From Actinomycetota bacterium (GTDB lineage: Bacteria; Actinomycetota; UBA4738; HRBIN12): 63,762 nucleotides of DNA. Position 1 is the first letter of the stretch. Each line of letters begins with the position of its first letter. Positions 16,478 to 25,636 of the stretch are shown one piece after another. The stretch is from positions 1 to 63,762 of the forward strand of contig JBIOUU010000070.1 of the NCBI GenBank assembly GCA_044867345.1, given 5' to 3'. The notes below the pieces were generated by a model. The model was given only the letters and a program-made list of their open reading frames with translations, did not search any database and had not been told where the DNA came from. Both the position numbers and the translations under genes were made by a program.

Positions 16478-17443
16478 ATGCACGCGCTCGTCACCGGATC
16501 GGCCGGGTTCATCGGAAGCCATCTCACGGAGCGGTTGATCGCCGACGGCCATCGCGTGCGAGCGGTTGACTGTCTGACGCCCTTCTATGAGATCCAGCAG
16601 AAGCTGGAGAACCAACGAGTGATGGCCGCCCTGCCAACGTGCGAGTCGATCCAGGCTGACCTGCGGACGTGCGAGCTGACCGAGATCCTCGAGGGGATCG
16701 ATGTGGTCTTCCACCAGGCGGGCCAGCCGGGCGTCCGGCCATCATGGTCCTCAGGGTTCGCGTCGTACGTGGAGCACAACATCCTGGCTACGCAACGACT
16801 ACTGGAAGGCGTGCGGGAGATGGGCGTCGAGCGCTTCGTCTTCGCGTCCAGCTCCTCCGTCTACGGTAACGCGGCGTCCTTTCCAACGTCTGAAGGCGAC
16901 CTGCCGAGGCCCCACAGCCCCTACGGTGTGACCAAGCTGGCCGCGGAACACCTGTGCAACACCTACGCGCACAATTGGGGCGTGCCCACCGTCGCGCTTC
17001 GGTACTTCACCGTCTTCGGGCCACGGCAACGTCCCGACATGGCCATGCATCGACTGGTCGAAGCCAGCCTCGCCGGCGAGGCATTCCCACTCTACGGGGA
17101 TGGTCGCCAGGTGCGCGATTTCACATACGTAGACGATGTGGTGCGAGCCAACCTGTTGGCGGCATCCGTGGCCGTTCCGCCAGGTAGCGTGATCAACGTC
17201 GCAGGAGGTACGCAGGCGACGCTCCTCGAAGTCGCCGGCATCATCGGCGAAGAGCTCGGTCACCCCACGTCGTTCGACGTTCGATCATCGCAACCGGGCG
17301 ACGTCGAGCGGACGGCGGGCTCCATCGAGCGAGCCCAGGAGCTGTTGGGATGGCAGCCGATCGTGCCTCTTCGAGACGGGCTCGCTCGACAGGTGGCATG
17401 GCATGTCGAACGCGCTGCAGCGCGCACGGCCGCGGAGCCATGA
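16478..17443 (+). CDS. NAD-dependent epimerase/dehydratase, resembling UDP-glucuronate 4-epimerase
   Basis: It contains VTGSAGFIGSHL, YGVTK, and LRYFTVFGPRQRPDMA. Confidence 0.85.
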   Translation: MHALVTGSAGFIGSHLTERLIADGHRVRAVDCLTPFYEIQQKLENQRVMAALPTCESIQADLRTCELTEILEGIDVVFHQAGQPGVRPSWSSGFASYVEHNILATQRLLEGVREMGVERFVFASSSSVYGNAASFPTSEGDLPRPHSPYGVTKLAAEHLCNTYAHNWGVPTVALRYFTVFGPRQRPDMAMHRLVEASLAGEAFPLYGDGRQVRDFTYVDDVVRANLLAASVAVPPGSVINVAGGTQATLLEVAGIIGEELGHPTSFDVRSSQPGDVERTAGSIERAQELLGWQPIVPLRDGLARQVAWHVERAAARTAAEP

Positions 17444-18183
17444 GCACTCCGGCAGCGGGGAGGGTTGCGGGCCGAGGGACGGCGGCGACCATCGTGGAGT
17501 TCTGCGGCCTCCCCGGGGCGGGGAAGTCGTACATCGCCGGCCGAGTGCTCAGCACACTTTCGGATCACGGGGTCGCGGCTCGATTCCGCGATGATGGCGT
17601 CGGTCCGGATGTGGCAGGACCCCGCCGGATCTCTCGGAAGCTTCGGTGGGTCCTGGAGCAGGAAGTCGCCAGACCCGTCGCGTCCATGCGTGTTCTCGCA
17701 TGCATCGGCGCCGGACAGAGGGACTGGTCGAGCGCGATATCCAGGTCGGTGCAGTGGTTCGTCACGCAGGGTCTGCTCGATGCCGCGCGCCACACAGCCG
17801 GGGTCCACTTGTTCCAGGAAGGGATCTTGCAGGCTCTGTGGTCGATAGGTCTGCGTGGGGAGGTGAGGAAGCTTCTTCGCCTGTTGGAGGATGGCGCAGT
17901 CCCGTGGACCAGACCGGATCTGGTCGTGGTCGTCGATGCCTCGCCCGAAGCCATCCGGAGGCGTCTGCAGGCGAGGCATTCCCGCCACAGCCGAACGCAG
18001 GAGCTGCGGGGGGCCGAGCTGGACGTCGAGCTGCGGCGAGGCGCCGATCTCCTGGCACGGTTGGTCGGCTGGTGGGAGGAGAGCGGGGGCGGTGATCGAC
18101 TCCTGCGGGTCTCCAACGACTCGGATGAAGGTCCCGTGGTCGCTGAAGTCATTGGGTTCATCGAGGCACGACGAAGCGCTTGA
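17440..18183 (+). CDS. Stand-alone P-loop NTPase/kinase-like protein, same architecture as 11861-12586
   Basis: It has Walker A GLPGAGKSYIAGRVL and DLVVVVDASPEAIRRRLQAR. Its ATG overlaps the epimerase stop (ATGA). Confidence 0.6.
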   Translation: MSTPAAGRVAGRGTAATIVEFCGLPGAGKSYIAGRVLSTLSDHGVAARFRDDGVGPDVAGPRRISRKLRWVLEQEVARPVASMRVLACIGAGQRDWSSAISRSVQWFVTQGLLDAARHTAGVHLFQEGILQALWSIGLRGEVRKLLRLLEDGAVPWTRPDLVVVVDASPEAIRRRLQARHSRHSRTQELRGAELDVELRRGADLLARLVGWWEESGGGDRLLRVSNDSDEGPVVAEVIGFIEARRSA

Positions 18184-18229
18184 CATCGGTCTGCCGCACC
18201 GGATCCGAGACCTGGCGTTCCGCTCCTGT

Positions 18230-19225
18230 TCAGGGGACGGATACGGGGAAGCCTCGTTTCGACCGGACGGAGTAGCCGTACCGGTGAAGCAGCCGATAGG
18301 CGAGTACCCCCACGACGAATCGGTCGATCGCAGGGAGCTCCGTGGTCCAGCGCTCGTCCTTCCTGAGGACGATCTCGGTCGTGCTGAACCTGCCATGACC
18401 GTCCGGACCATGGACCGCCGGCAACTCGGTGGGGACCCAGGGCGAGGGCCCAGGTGAAGGCGCTTTCACGCCGATCAGGCTCGCAACGGCTCCGAGCGTC
18501 GAGGCTGGGTCGTCCGCGAATTGCTCGTACTGCACGCGGAAGGATCGTTCGGGCCCGTATCGCCGGCACACCGCCTCTGCCGTGGAGTGCGCCAACATCC
18601 AGTAGATGGTGGTCCGCAAAGCCTGCACCGGATGTGGTCCACCTGGGTCGGCCATGGTGCGCTGCCGCCTGGAGAGCACGACCCCACGCGGATCCCTGAC
18701 GACGTGCACGCAGTACGTGGAGCCTTCCGGCGCGAGGGCCAGCAGGGCCGCATCGCTTGCGTTCTTCGACGAGTCGACGATGACCGTTGCGCCGGACTCA
18801 GCGGCGAACGCCTGGTACAGGTCACGGAGGATCCTGAGATACCGGCCCCTCGCGCTGGAACCGCTAGGCGCCCGGCGCCGGCGTAAGATCCTGCGCGCGT
18901 GCCACCAGTCATGTCCGATCGGTGCGACCCGGCCTTGGAGGCGTGCGACCTCATCGGGTGATGGCTGCAGGTACGGAGCTCCATCCACGAGCAGCTTCGA
19001 CCAGATCTCACATTCGGGGAGCGACTTGCCGCACCCGCACGTGCCTCTCTCCCGTTGGAGCGCAGGGCCCCAGAGCCGCCTGAGCTCACCCCCGAAGGTC
19101 GCGCCGCCAAGCAGACCCAGGAACCGGCCGACGATGCTCGTTCCGCCGCGAGAGGAGCCCAAGATGTAGACGACGTCGATGCCCGACGGTGGTTCGGCCA
19201 CCCGACGAGCATAGCCGATGGCCAC
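18230..19225 (-). CDS. Sulfotransferase family protein
   Basis: It has a PAPS 5'-phosphosulfate-binding-like loop YILGSSRGGTS and a 3'-phosphate-binding-like VVRDPRGVV. A CGCG-x5-C-x2-W cysteine motif is also present. It is the only minus-strand biosynthetic gene in this part of the island. Confidence 0.75.
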   Translation of the reverse strand: MAIGYARRVAEPPSGIDVVYILGSSRGGTSIVGRFLGLLGGATFGGELRRLWGPALQRERGTCGCGKSLPECEIWSKLLVDGAPYLQPSPDEVARLQGRVAPIGHDWWHARRILRRRRAPSGSSARGRYLRILRDLYQAFAAESGATVIVDSSKNASDAALLALAPEGSTYCVHVVRDPRGVVLSRRQRTMADPGGPHPVQALRTTIYWMLAHSTAEAVCRRYGPERSFRVQYEQFADDPASTLGAVASLIGVKAPSPGPSPWVPTELPAVHGPDGHGRFSTTEIVLRKDERWTTELPAIDRFVVGVLAYRLLHRYGYSVRSKRGFPVSVP

Positions 19226-19373
19226 CTGGCGGGGCCCAGATGCTCGTCCGTTCGACGTACTTCCTCTACCGCGTTGACGGGGTGTCTGTACTGCGGTCCA
19301 GCACTACGTTGGAGTAGGTCTCTCGTTGCGTTTGCCTGCGACACACCTATGGCGGAAGCTCGATCGGAACCAA

Positions 19374-20936
19374 ATGGAACAACACGTGGGATCTTCAGGG
19401 GATCGTCGCCACGTCGCCGATGGGTTGTCGGCAACTTTGGCTGAGGACACCGCCGGGGAGCAGCCAATCGTCAGTGAGGGGACCTCGCTTGGCCTCGTCC
19501 GTATGTTGTGCGCCACGCTCGAGGAGCATGGCATCCTCTACTGTCATTGGAAGAGCAACTGGGAATTGGATCGCTCGGCCAGCGGTGACAACGACCTGGA
19601 TCTCCTGGTCAGCTCGCGCGATGCACACCGGTTCACGACCGTGCTCGGCCAGTTGGGGTTCAAGCAAGCCCGAGGTCGCTCTGCACAACGCTTCCCCGGC
19701 ATCCTTCATCACTACGGGCTCGATCCCGGTTCCGGCCGGCTCGTTCATGTGCATGCCCATCACCACCTCGTGATCGGCGACGACATGACGAAGAACTACC
19801 GGGTGCCCCTCGAGGATGCCTTCCTCGAATCGTCGACCCAGGGCCCTTTGTTCCGGATCCCTGCCCCAGAATTCGAGTTCATCCTCTTCGTCCTGCGCAT
19901 GGCGCTCAAGCATTGCACGCTCGACGCTGCACTCAGCACGCGACGGGCGCTGTCGAGGTCCGAGCGGAGGGAGTTGGAGCACCTGACCGACCGGGTAGAT
20001 CTCGGTCGAGTCCGGGAGGTGGTCCGGGCGCATCTGCCCTTGATCGACGAGGCGCTCTTCGACGATTGCATGCGGGCGTTGCGGCCGGGAACGGCCCGAT
20101 GGGCTCGGGTGAGCACAGCTCATCGGCTACAGCACAGCCTGGCGGCCTACGGGAGGCATGCCCAGGTCGTCGATGGAGCCCTCCGCGTGTGGCGCCGCCA
20201 ATCAAGGAGGCTGCGCAGACGCATCCTCGGGCCAACGACGACCAACACGCTGGATCGCGGCTGCGTGATCGCGATCGTGGGCGGGGACGGAGCCGGGAAG
20301 ACCTCAGCGGTGGAAGAGCTGTCCGCGTGGCTGGCGGCCAGCTTCCGTACCGAGCGGGTCCACCTGGGAAAGCCTCCTCGTTCCCTGCTGGCGCTCGTGG
20401 TGAGGAGATCCCTACGGATCGGACGTCTGCTCGGACTGGTATCGGGCACTCCGCTGAAGCCCGTTTCCGGCGTCTCCGATGCGCGGGACCAACCTGGAGG
20501 CGCCTGGCTCGTCGTCCGGGTGCTGAGGGCGAGGGATCGCTATCGAACGTACCTGCGGGCCACGCGCTCTGCCGCGCGGGGAGGGGTCGTCATCTCGGAT
20601 CGCTATCCGATGCCACAGATCCGGCTCATGGACCACCCTCATGGGGCCTCGCTCCTCGGGTCGCAGGGGCTGAACAGGGCGACGAGGAGCCTGGTGAGGC
20701 TCGAGCAGCGCTACTACGACAGGATCATGAGCCCGGACCTGGTGATCGTGCTCAGGGTCGATCCGGAGGTCGCCCTCCGCAGGAAGGGCGATGACGAGCC
20801 GGCGGCCGTCCGGGCTCGGAGCGCCGAAGTATGGAGCCTCGAATGGGGCGACACGGCGGTGCACATCGTCGATGCCGGCCGGTCCAAGGACGAGGTGCTC
20901 TCCGAAATCAAGTCGTGGGTCTGGCCGAGATTGTGA
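19374..20936 (+). CDS. Fusion protein: N-terminal nucleotidyltransferase-like domain plus C-terminal thymidylate-kinase-like P-loop domain
   Basis: The N-terminal part has HWKSN...GDNDLDLLV, a DxD nucleotidyltransferase-type signature. The C-terminal part has IVGGDGAGKTS, VISDRYP and PDLVIVLRVDPEVALRR, which are dTMP-kinase-like. The start may be ATG 19374 or an earlier or later codon. Confidence 0.6.
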   Translation: MEQHVGSSGDRRHVADGLSATLAEDTAGEQPIVSEGTSLGLVRMLCATLEEHGILYCHWKSNWELDRSASGDNDLDLLVSSRDAHRFTTVLGQLGFKQARGRSAQRFPGILHHYGLDPGSGRLVHVHAHHHLVIGDDMTKNYRVPLEDAFLESSTQGPLFRIPAPEFEFILFVLRMALKHCTLDAALSTRRALSRSERRELEHLTDRVDLGRVREVVRAHLPLIDEALFDDCMRALRPGTARWARVSTAHRLQHSLAAYGRHAQVVDGALRVWRRQSRRLRRRILGPTTTNTLDRGCVIAIVGGDGAGKTSAVEELSAWLAASFRTERVHLGKPPRSLLALVVRRSLRIGRLLGLVSGTPLKPVSGVSDARDQPGGAWLVVRVLRARDRYRTYLRATRSAARGGVVISDRYPMPQIRLMDHPHGASLLGSQGLNRATRSLVRLEQRYYDRIMSPDLVIVLRVDPEVALRRKGDDEPAAVRARSAEVWSLEWGDTAVHIVDAGRSKDEVLSEIKSWVWPRL

Positions 20937-20956
20937 AATGAGGTCGGTGGTGCGTC

Positions 20957-22420
20957 GTGCTCACGACTGATGTATTCGGCGCTTGGAACCGGGCAGGCAT
21001 CGAGTACTGCCTGTGGAAGGGATCCTTCCACCTCCAAGACTCCCTCGACGGACGCTCCGACCTCGATGTGCTGGTGAACGTGGAGCAGCTGGGTGATGCG
21101 CAGACGATCCTGTCCCGATTCGGGTGCCGGCCCAGTCGCGTCGCTCCGGCCCGGGTCGAGGTGGGCGTCGAGGACTTCCTTGGCGTCGAAGCGGAGTCGC
21201 GTCGGTTGGTGCACTTCCACGTCTATTCCAGACTGATCGTTGGGGAGAGTCACCTGGATCGGTTCCGACTGCCCTGGGAGCGATACGTTCTGAACACGCG
21301 CACGGTTATGGGCGACGTCTATGTGGCCGATCCCGCCGTCGAGGCGGCGCTGCTGCTGATCCGATCATCGCTCCGGATCTCCGGGCTCGGTCGGTTCCTG
21401 ATGCCACTGGGACTGGTCAATGCCGGGCTGCGGGAACAGCTCGGATGGCTGCTGGACCGGACCGATCCGAAGGTCGTCCTCGAGACGGTCCGAGCCTGGG
21501 CGCTGGGGGGGTCCGTGGGCAGGGCGCTCGAGCCGTGCCTCATGGAGGGGCCCACGCCCCGGAACCTCGCCCCGCTCCGCTCGGCTCTGACGGTCGCGTT
21601 GGCCTCGCAGTCGTCCGTGAGCGGGATCCGGGCAGTGACGCGCAGGTGGCGACGTACGCTCGGATGGGCCCGCCGGGGGGTCTACCGCCGTTTCCTCGAG
21701 CGCCCCGTCCTCCTGGGGAGGGGTGGGCGCGGGGGTGGTGTCCTGGTCGCGATCATCGGACCGGATGGCTCCGGGAAATCCACCCTCGCCCGTGACCTGC
21801 GACGTTGGTTCGCGCCGAAGCTCGACGTGGTGTACGTCTACATGGGGAGCGGCGACGGACCCTCGTCCCTGATCCGATGGCCGATGAAGGTCGCGCACCG
21901 CACGATCCTTCGCTCCGGTCACCATGGGAACGGGAGGGCCGTCCTGGAGCGGCGCCATCCCGGGATGATGGGAGCGGCCAAGACGGTCTGGGCGCTGGCC
22001 CTCGCTCGCGAGAAGGAACGAAAGCTTCGCAAGGCCATGGTGGCGCGCAACCGAGGGCTCCTCGTCATCTGCGACCGTTATCCGCAATCGCAATTCCCAG
22101 GTCAGAATGACGGGCCGTTCCTCCGCGGGTGGCGGACGTCTTCGTCACCGGTCCGCCGGTATCTGGCTGCCGTCGAGGGCCGCCCGTACCACCTGGCTGC
22201 CCGGTTCTCCCCCGACCTGATCCTCCGCCTCAACGTCGACGAGGCCGCCGCGTCGAGCCGTCGACCCGAGCTCGACCCCGGATACCTGCAGGCACGCATC
22301 GAGCTCGTTCAGGCGCTCACGTTCGTCGGGTCGCTCTTCGGGGTCGTCGACATCGACGCGACCCGACCCTATGCGCGGGTCTTCGCGGACGCCGCGGACG
22401 CGATCTGGTCACGTACCTAG
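20957..22420 (+). CDS. Paralog of 19374-20936 (nucleotidyltransferase-like plus thymidylate-kinase-like)
   Basis: It contains LWKGS...GRSDLDVLV, IIGPDGSGKST, VICDRYP and PDLILRLNVDEAAASSRR. It is collinear with the upstream paralog along its whole length. Confidence 0.6.
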   Translation: MLTTDVFGAWNRAGIEYCLWKGSFHLQDSLDGRSDLDVLVNVEQLGDAQTILSRFGCRPSRVAPARVEVGVEDFLGVEAESRRLVHFHVYSRLIVGESHLDRFRLPWERYVLNTRTVMGDVYVADPAVEAALLLIRSSLRISGLGRFLMPLGLVNAGLREQLGWLLDRTDPKVVLETVRAWALGGSVGRALEPCLMEGPTPRNLAPLRSALTVALASQSSVSGIRAVTRRWRRTLGWARRGVYRRFLERPVLLGRGGRGGGVLVAIIGPDGSGKSTLARDLRRWFAPKLDVVYVYMGSGDGPSSLIRWPMKVAHRTILRSGHHGNGRAVLERRHPGMMGAAKTVWALALAREKERKLRKAMVARNRGLLVICDRYPQSQFPGQNDGPFLRGWRTSSSPVRRYLAAVEGRPYHLAARFSPDLILRLNVDEAAASSRRPELDPGYLQARIELVQALTFVGSLFGVVDIDATRPYARVFADAADAIWSRT

Positions 22421-22435
22421 GCGAAAGGCGATCGG

Positions 22436-23614
22436 ATGGAGGTGAGTGGAACCGGGCGGGCGGGGATGCATGAGCCGGAGCGTCGGATTCGAGTGTTGCG
22501 CCTGCTGCTCGAGATCGTCGAGACGAACGCGCCATACCAGGAGCTTTCCCGGCCTTTGGCGAAAAAGCAGGACATCACGCTCTGCAGCTACTTCCGGGCC
22601 GCTGTAGAGGTGCCGGACGACCTGCGGCTGTTCGAGGGAGACGGGACGGTTCGGGGATTCTTCCGGGCCCTCGACAGCGCGCTTCGGGCGGGAGGATACG
22701 ACGTGATCCATGCAGAGACCCCACACGTCGCGTTCCTGTTCCTTCTCGGCCACGGGATGAACCGACGGCTCATGGCATCGACCGTGTTCACGGTCAGCAA
22801 CTCGTACCGGAGCTGGAAACCTCGGAACAAGCTCCTCCTTCTGCCCGCCTTCGCCTTCTTCCATCGAGTGGTCTGTTGCGGCCAGGCCTGCTTCGCCAGC
22901 TTCCCCGCGCCCTATCGCTGGCTGGCAGGCCGCCGGTACCGGTCCGTGCCGAACGGCGTCGATATCGACAGGATCGATGCGGCCATCGCCGAAGATCCTC
23001 CAGAGGCGGACGGGACTCCGTTCACCGTCGTCTCAGTCAGTCGCCTCGTCCCCATCAAGAACCACGTGACCGTCCTTCGTGCCTTCGCGCGTTGCCGAGA
23101 GGATGGTGACCGGCTCGTCTATGTGGGGGAGGGCTCAGAACGACGGTCCCTGTCCTCGGAGATCGCAGCGCAACGGCTCGAGGACGACGTCGAGTTGCTC
23201 GGGCTTCTCTCGCGGGAGCAGGTGTACCGGCGAATGGCAGGTGCGGACGTCTACATCTCCGCGTCATACGGGGAAGGACTGCCGATCGCGGTGCTAGAAG
23301 CAATGGTTGCTCGCCGCCCGGTCATCCTGTCCGACATACCGCCGCACCGCGAGATCGCCGAGGGAGCCGACTTCATCCCGCTCGTCGATCCGAAGGACGA
23401 AGATGGCTTCGCCACCGAGATCGCGCGGATACGCGACGTGCCGCCCGAAGCGCGAGCCGAGATCGGGGATCGCTGTCGGGCGCACGTACAGACACGCTTC
23501 GCGCTCGCCAACATGCACGCTGGATACGAAGGGATCTACTCGGAGCTGGTTGCTGAACGCCGGAACAAGGGAGGGCGACCGTCCGCCAGTCGGGAGGCCA
23601 GGACCGGGGTCTGA
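22436..23614 (+). CDS. Glycosyltransferase family 4
   Basis: The C-terminal GT-B half has SASYGEGLPIAVLEAMVARRPVILSDIPPHREI. Confidence 0.8.
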   Translation: MEVSGTGRAGMHEPERRIRVLRLLLEIVETNAPYQELSRPLAKKQDITLCSYFRAAVEVPDDLRLFEGDGTVRGFFRALDSALRAGGYDVIHAETPHVAFLFLLGHGMNRRLMASTVFTVSNSYRSWKPRNKLLLLPAFAFFHRVVCCGQACFASFPAPYRWLAGRRYRSVPNGVDIDRIDAAIAEDPPEADGTPFTVVSVSRLVPIKNHVTVLRAFARCREDGDRLVYVGEGSERRSLSSEIAAQRLEDDVELLGLLSREQVYRRMAGADVYISASYGEGLPIAVLEAMVARRPVILSDIPPHREIAEGADFIPLVDPKDEDGFATEIARIRDVPPEARAEIGDRCRAHVQTRFALANMHAGYEGIYSELVAERRNKGGRPSASREARTGV

Positions 23615-23615
23615 G

Positions 23616-25409
23616 TCAGATCGTGTACTCCAAATGCAGGACCGGGGGTGACCCGTTGTCGAAGGACTTGGCGGTCCTCGTTCCCGTACCGGTGACGATG
23701 AGCACCAGGGCGTTTCCGCTCGACCACCCCGGCCGGCTCACGATCTCCTGGATCAACGAAGACAGGTCGGGGGTCCGCTGGTCGGGTCCCGCGACGCCGA
23801 CGGTCGGCCAGGCCGGAGGGACCCAGCCCACGCTCGCCGTCGTCCGAGGCCGGGACGAGACGTTGCCGATGGCGATGGTGAAGGTGTCCGGGTTGTCGGA
23901 GGCCTGGCCCTGGATGGTGAGCGAGACGGGGCCGATGGTGATGTCCTTGGTCCGGAACTGGACCGAGGCGTTCACGATCGTCGCCCCGGCGGGTACCGAG
24001 ATCCCCGTGAACCGCAGCCCGATGGTCTGGTTCACATCGGCATCCACGATGTCGAGGTCGGAGTCCAACCGCACCTTCAGCCCGACGGGATCCTCCGCGT
24101 CGTCGGACGAGGAGCTGACCGCCACGTCCATGACCTGCGACCCGCCGGACGATGAGGTCACCGTCACGTCGTCCGAGTTCGTCAACGCGGAGTCGTCGCC
24201 GGTGAGTCGCAGCACGTAGGTTCCGGGATCGGAGAACGTCGCCGTGGTGGTGGGAGTGGTGGGATCGGCGAAGCTCACGGTCCCGGGGCCGCTCACCTTG
24301 GTCCACTGCGCGGTCGTCGTGCCCGGAGGGTTCGGCAGTCCGTCGTCGCTCACCGACCCGCTCAGGCTGGCGGCAGCGGGGAAGATCACCGACCGATCCG
24401 GGCCGGCGCTGACGACGGGAGCGTGGTTCTGCGGCAGTGAGGACCCGACGGAGAACTCGAACATCTTTCCGTCGTTCTCGTTCGGGTGCCCATTGTTGTC
24501 GACCCCCCGCTGCACGACGAACAGGTCGATGGTTCCCCCCTCCACGGTGCTGGGAGCGACCGCCACGTCCGAAACGCTGTGGGGATTCGGGCCTGAGATG
24601 TCGATCGTTCGGACCAGCGACCCACCCGCAGTGACTTCGTAGAGGATGTCCGTCCCCCGGTCACCGACCAGGAGCGTGTCACGGTACGGATCGTAGCCAA
24701 GTCCTTCAGCGTCCACGACCCCGTACTGGCCCACATCGAAGTGCGAGACCGCATCGTCCCCGGTGGGGGGCACGCCGTCGAAGATGCCGTTGTTCCCCGG
24801 CGAGATGCGGTACAGCTCCTTCCCCCCGCCGTCGGACGTGAACAGATCACCGGTTGCGGTATCGAACGCGATGTCCTCGGGATCGGTGTTCCCAAACGCC
24901 CGAGTGTCGAAGGACGATCGGATGTCATCGTCGGTGCCGTAGCGTCCGTCCATCCCAGGAAGCACGACGAACACCCTGCGCACCACGTCGTCGGAGATGA
25001 AAAGGCGTCCGGTCCCCGGGTCGAACCCGAGCCCGGTCGGTTCGTTGCTGTAGGACTTGACGGACCCGGTGTCCGTCTTACCACCGTTGCGGTCGAGCTC
25101 CCAGATATTGACACCGGCCCAGATGGACATCTCCTCCACCTCGGAGTCGCTCACGAGCAGTCGATCGCGGCCAGGGAGGTACGCGATCCCTGCGGAATCC
25201 GGAACCGGGGGGACGAGCTGGTACAGGTTGGTCGTGCGGACGAGCGTAGCTGTGACTGAGGGAGCGGCCGAGCTTGCGGGAGCAGGGAACCCGACAACCA
25301 AAGCTGCTGTCAGGGTTGCCATCCCAACGAATACGGACAAGAGTCGGCGCGTCGATATCACCCGCGCGAAAATCAGGCGGTCTCCAAGTCTTCGGAAGGC
25401 TATGGCCAA
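23616..25409 (-). CDS. Secreted multidomain protein: beta-propeller-like region, PKD-like domain, and a C-terminal domain of unknown function
   Basis: An N-terminal signal/TM segment is present (LLSVFVGMATLTAALVVGFPAPASSA). Repeated Asp/Gly-rich blade-like segments follow. The PKD-like block reads APVVSAGPDRSV...WTKVSGPGTVSF...GTYVLRLTGDD. Confidence 0.55.
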   Translation of the reverse strand: MAIAFRRLGDRLIFARVISTRRLLSVFVGMATLTAALVVGFPAPASSAAPSVTATLVRTTNLYQLVPPVPDSAGIAYLPGRDRLLVSDSEVEEMSIWAGVNIWELDRNGGKTDTGSVKSYSNEPTGLGFDPGTGRLFISDDVVRRVFVVLPGMDGRYGTDDDIRSSFDTRAFGNTDPEDIAFDTATGDLFTSDGGGKELYRISPGNNGIFDGVPPTGDDAVSHFDVGQYGVVDAEGLGYDPYRDTLLVGDRGTDILYEVTAGGSLVRTIDISGPNPHSVSDVAVAPSTVEGGTIDLFVVQRGVDNNGHPNENDGKMFEFSVGSSLPQNHAPVVSAGPDRSVIFPAAASLSGSVSDDGLPNPPGTTTAQWTKVSGPGTVSFADPTTPTTTATFSDPGTYVLRLTGDDSALTNSDDVTVTSSSGGSQVMDVAVSSSSDDAEDPVGLKVRLDSDLDIVDADVNQTIGLRFTGISVPAGATIVNASVQFRTKDITIGPVSLTIQGQASDNPDTFTIAIGNVSSRPRTTASVGWVPPAWPTVGVAGPDQRTPDLSSLIQEIVSRPGWSSGNALVLIVTGTGTRTAKSFDNGSPPVLHLEYTI

Positions 25410-25636
25410 CTTCGACTATCGGACGATACGGGTCGGTCTGCCGATCGGGCATCCGCCGAATGACGTACGTTTCATACGGCGGTTTCCTCCATCGCCCGGG
25501 CCTAGATGGTAAAGCACCATCCGCAGTACCGCATTTACGGCATTCCGCGCATGTTCGCGGCCATGTACCCGCGCGAGACTCGATCGGCTAACGATCGGTG
25601 CTTCCACATCGTCATCCTGCCGGGAGGCGCGGACGC

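Noticed and set aside
17440-22420. The co-occurrence of kinase-like, sulfotransferase and nucleotidyltransferase-like genes recalls the tailoring sets reported in some lasso-peptide (RiPP) clusters.
   Set aside because: There is no lasso cyclase (asparagine-synthetase-like), no leader peptidase or RRE protein, no ABC exporter, and no plausible precursor ORF. The genes are embedded in a complete Wzx/Wzy glycan pathway.
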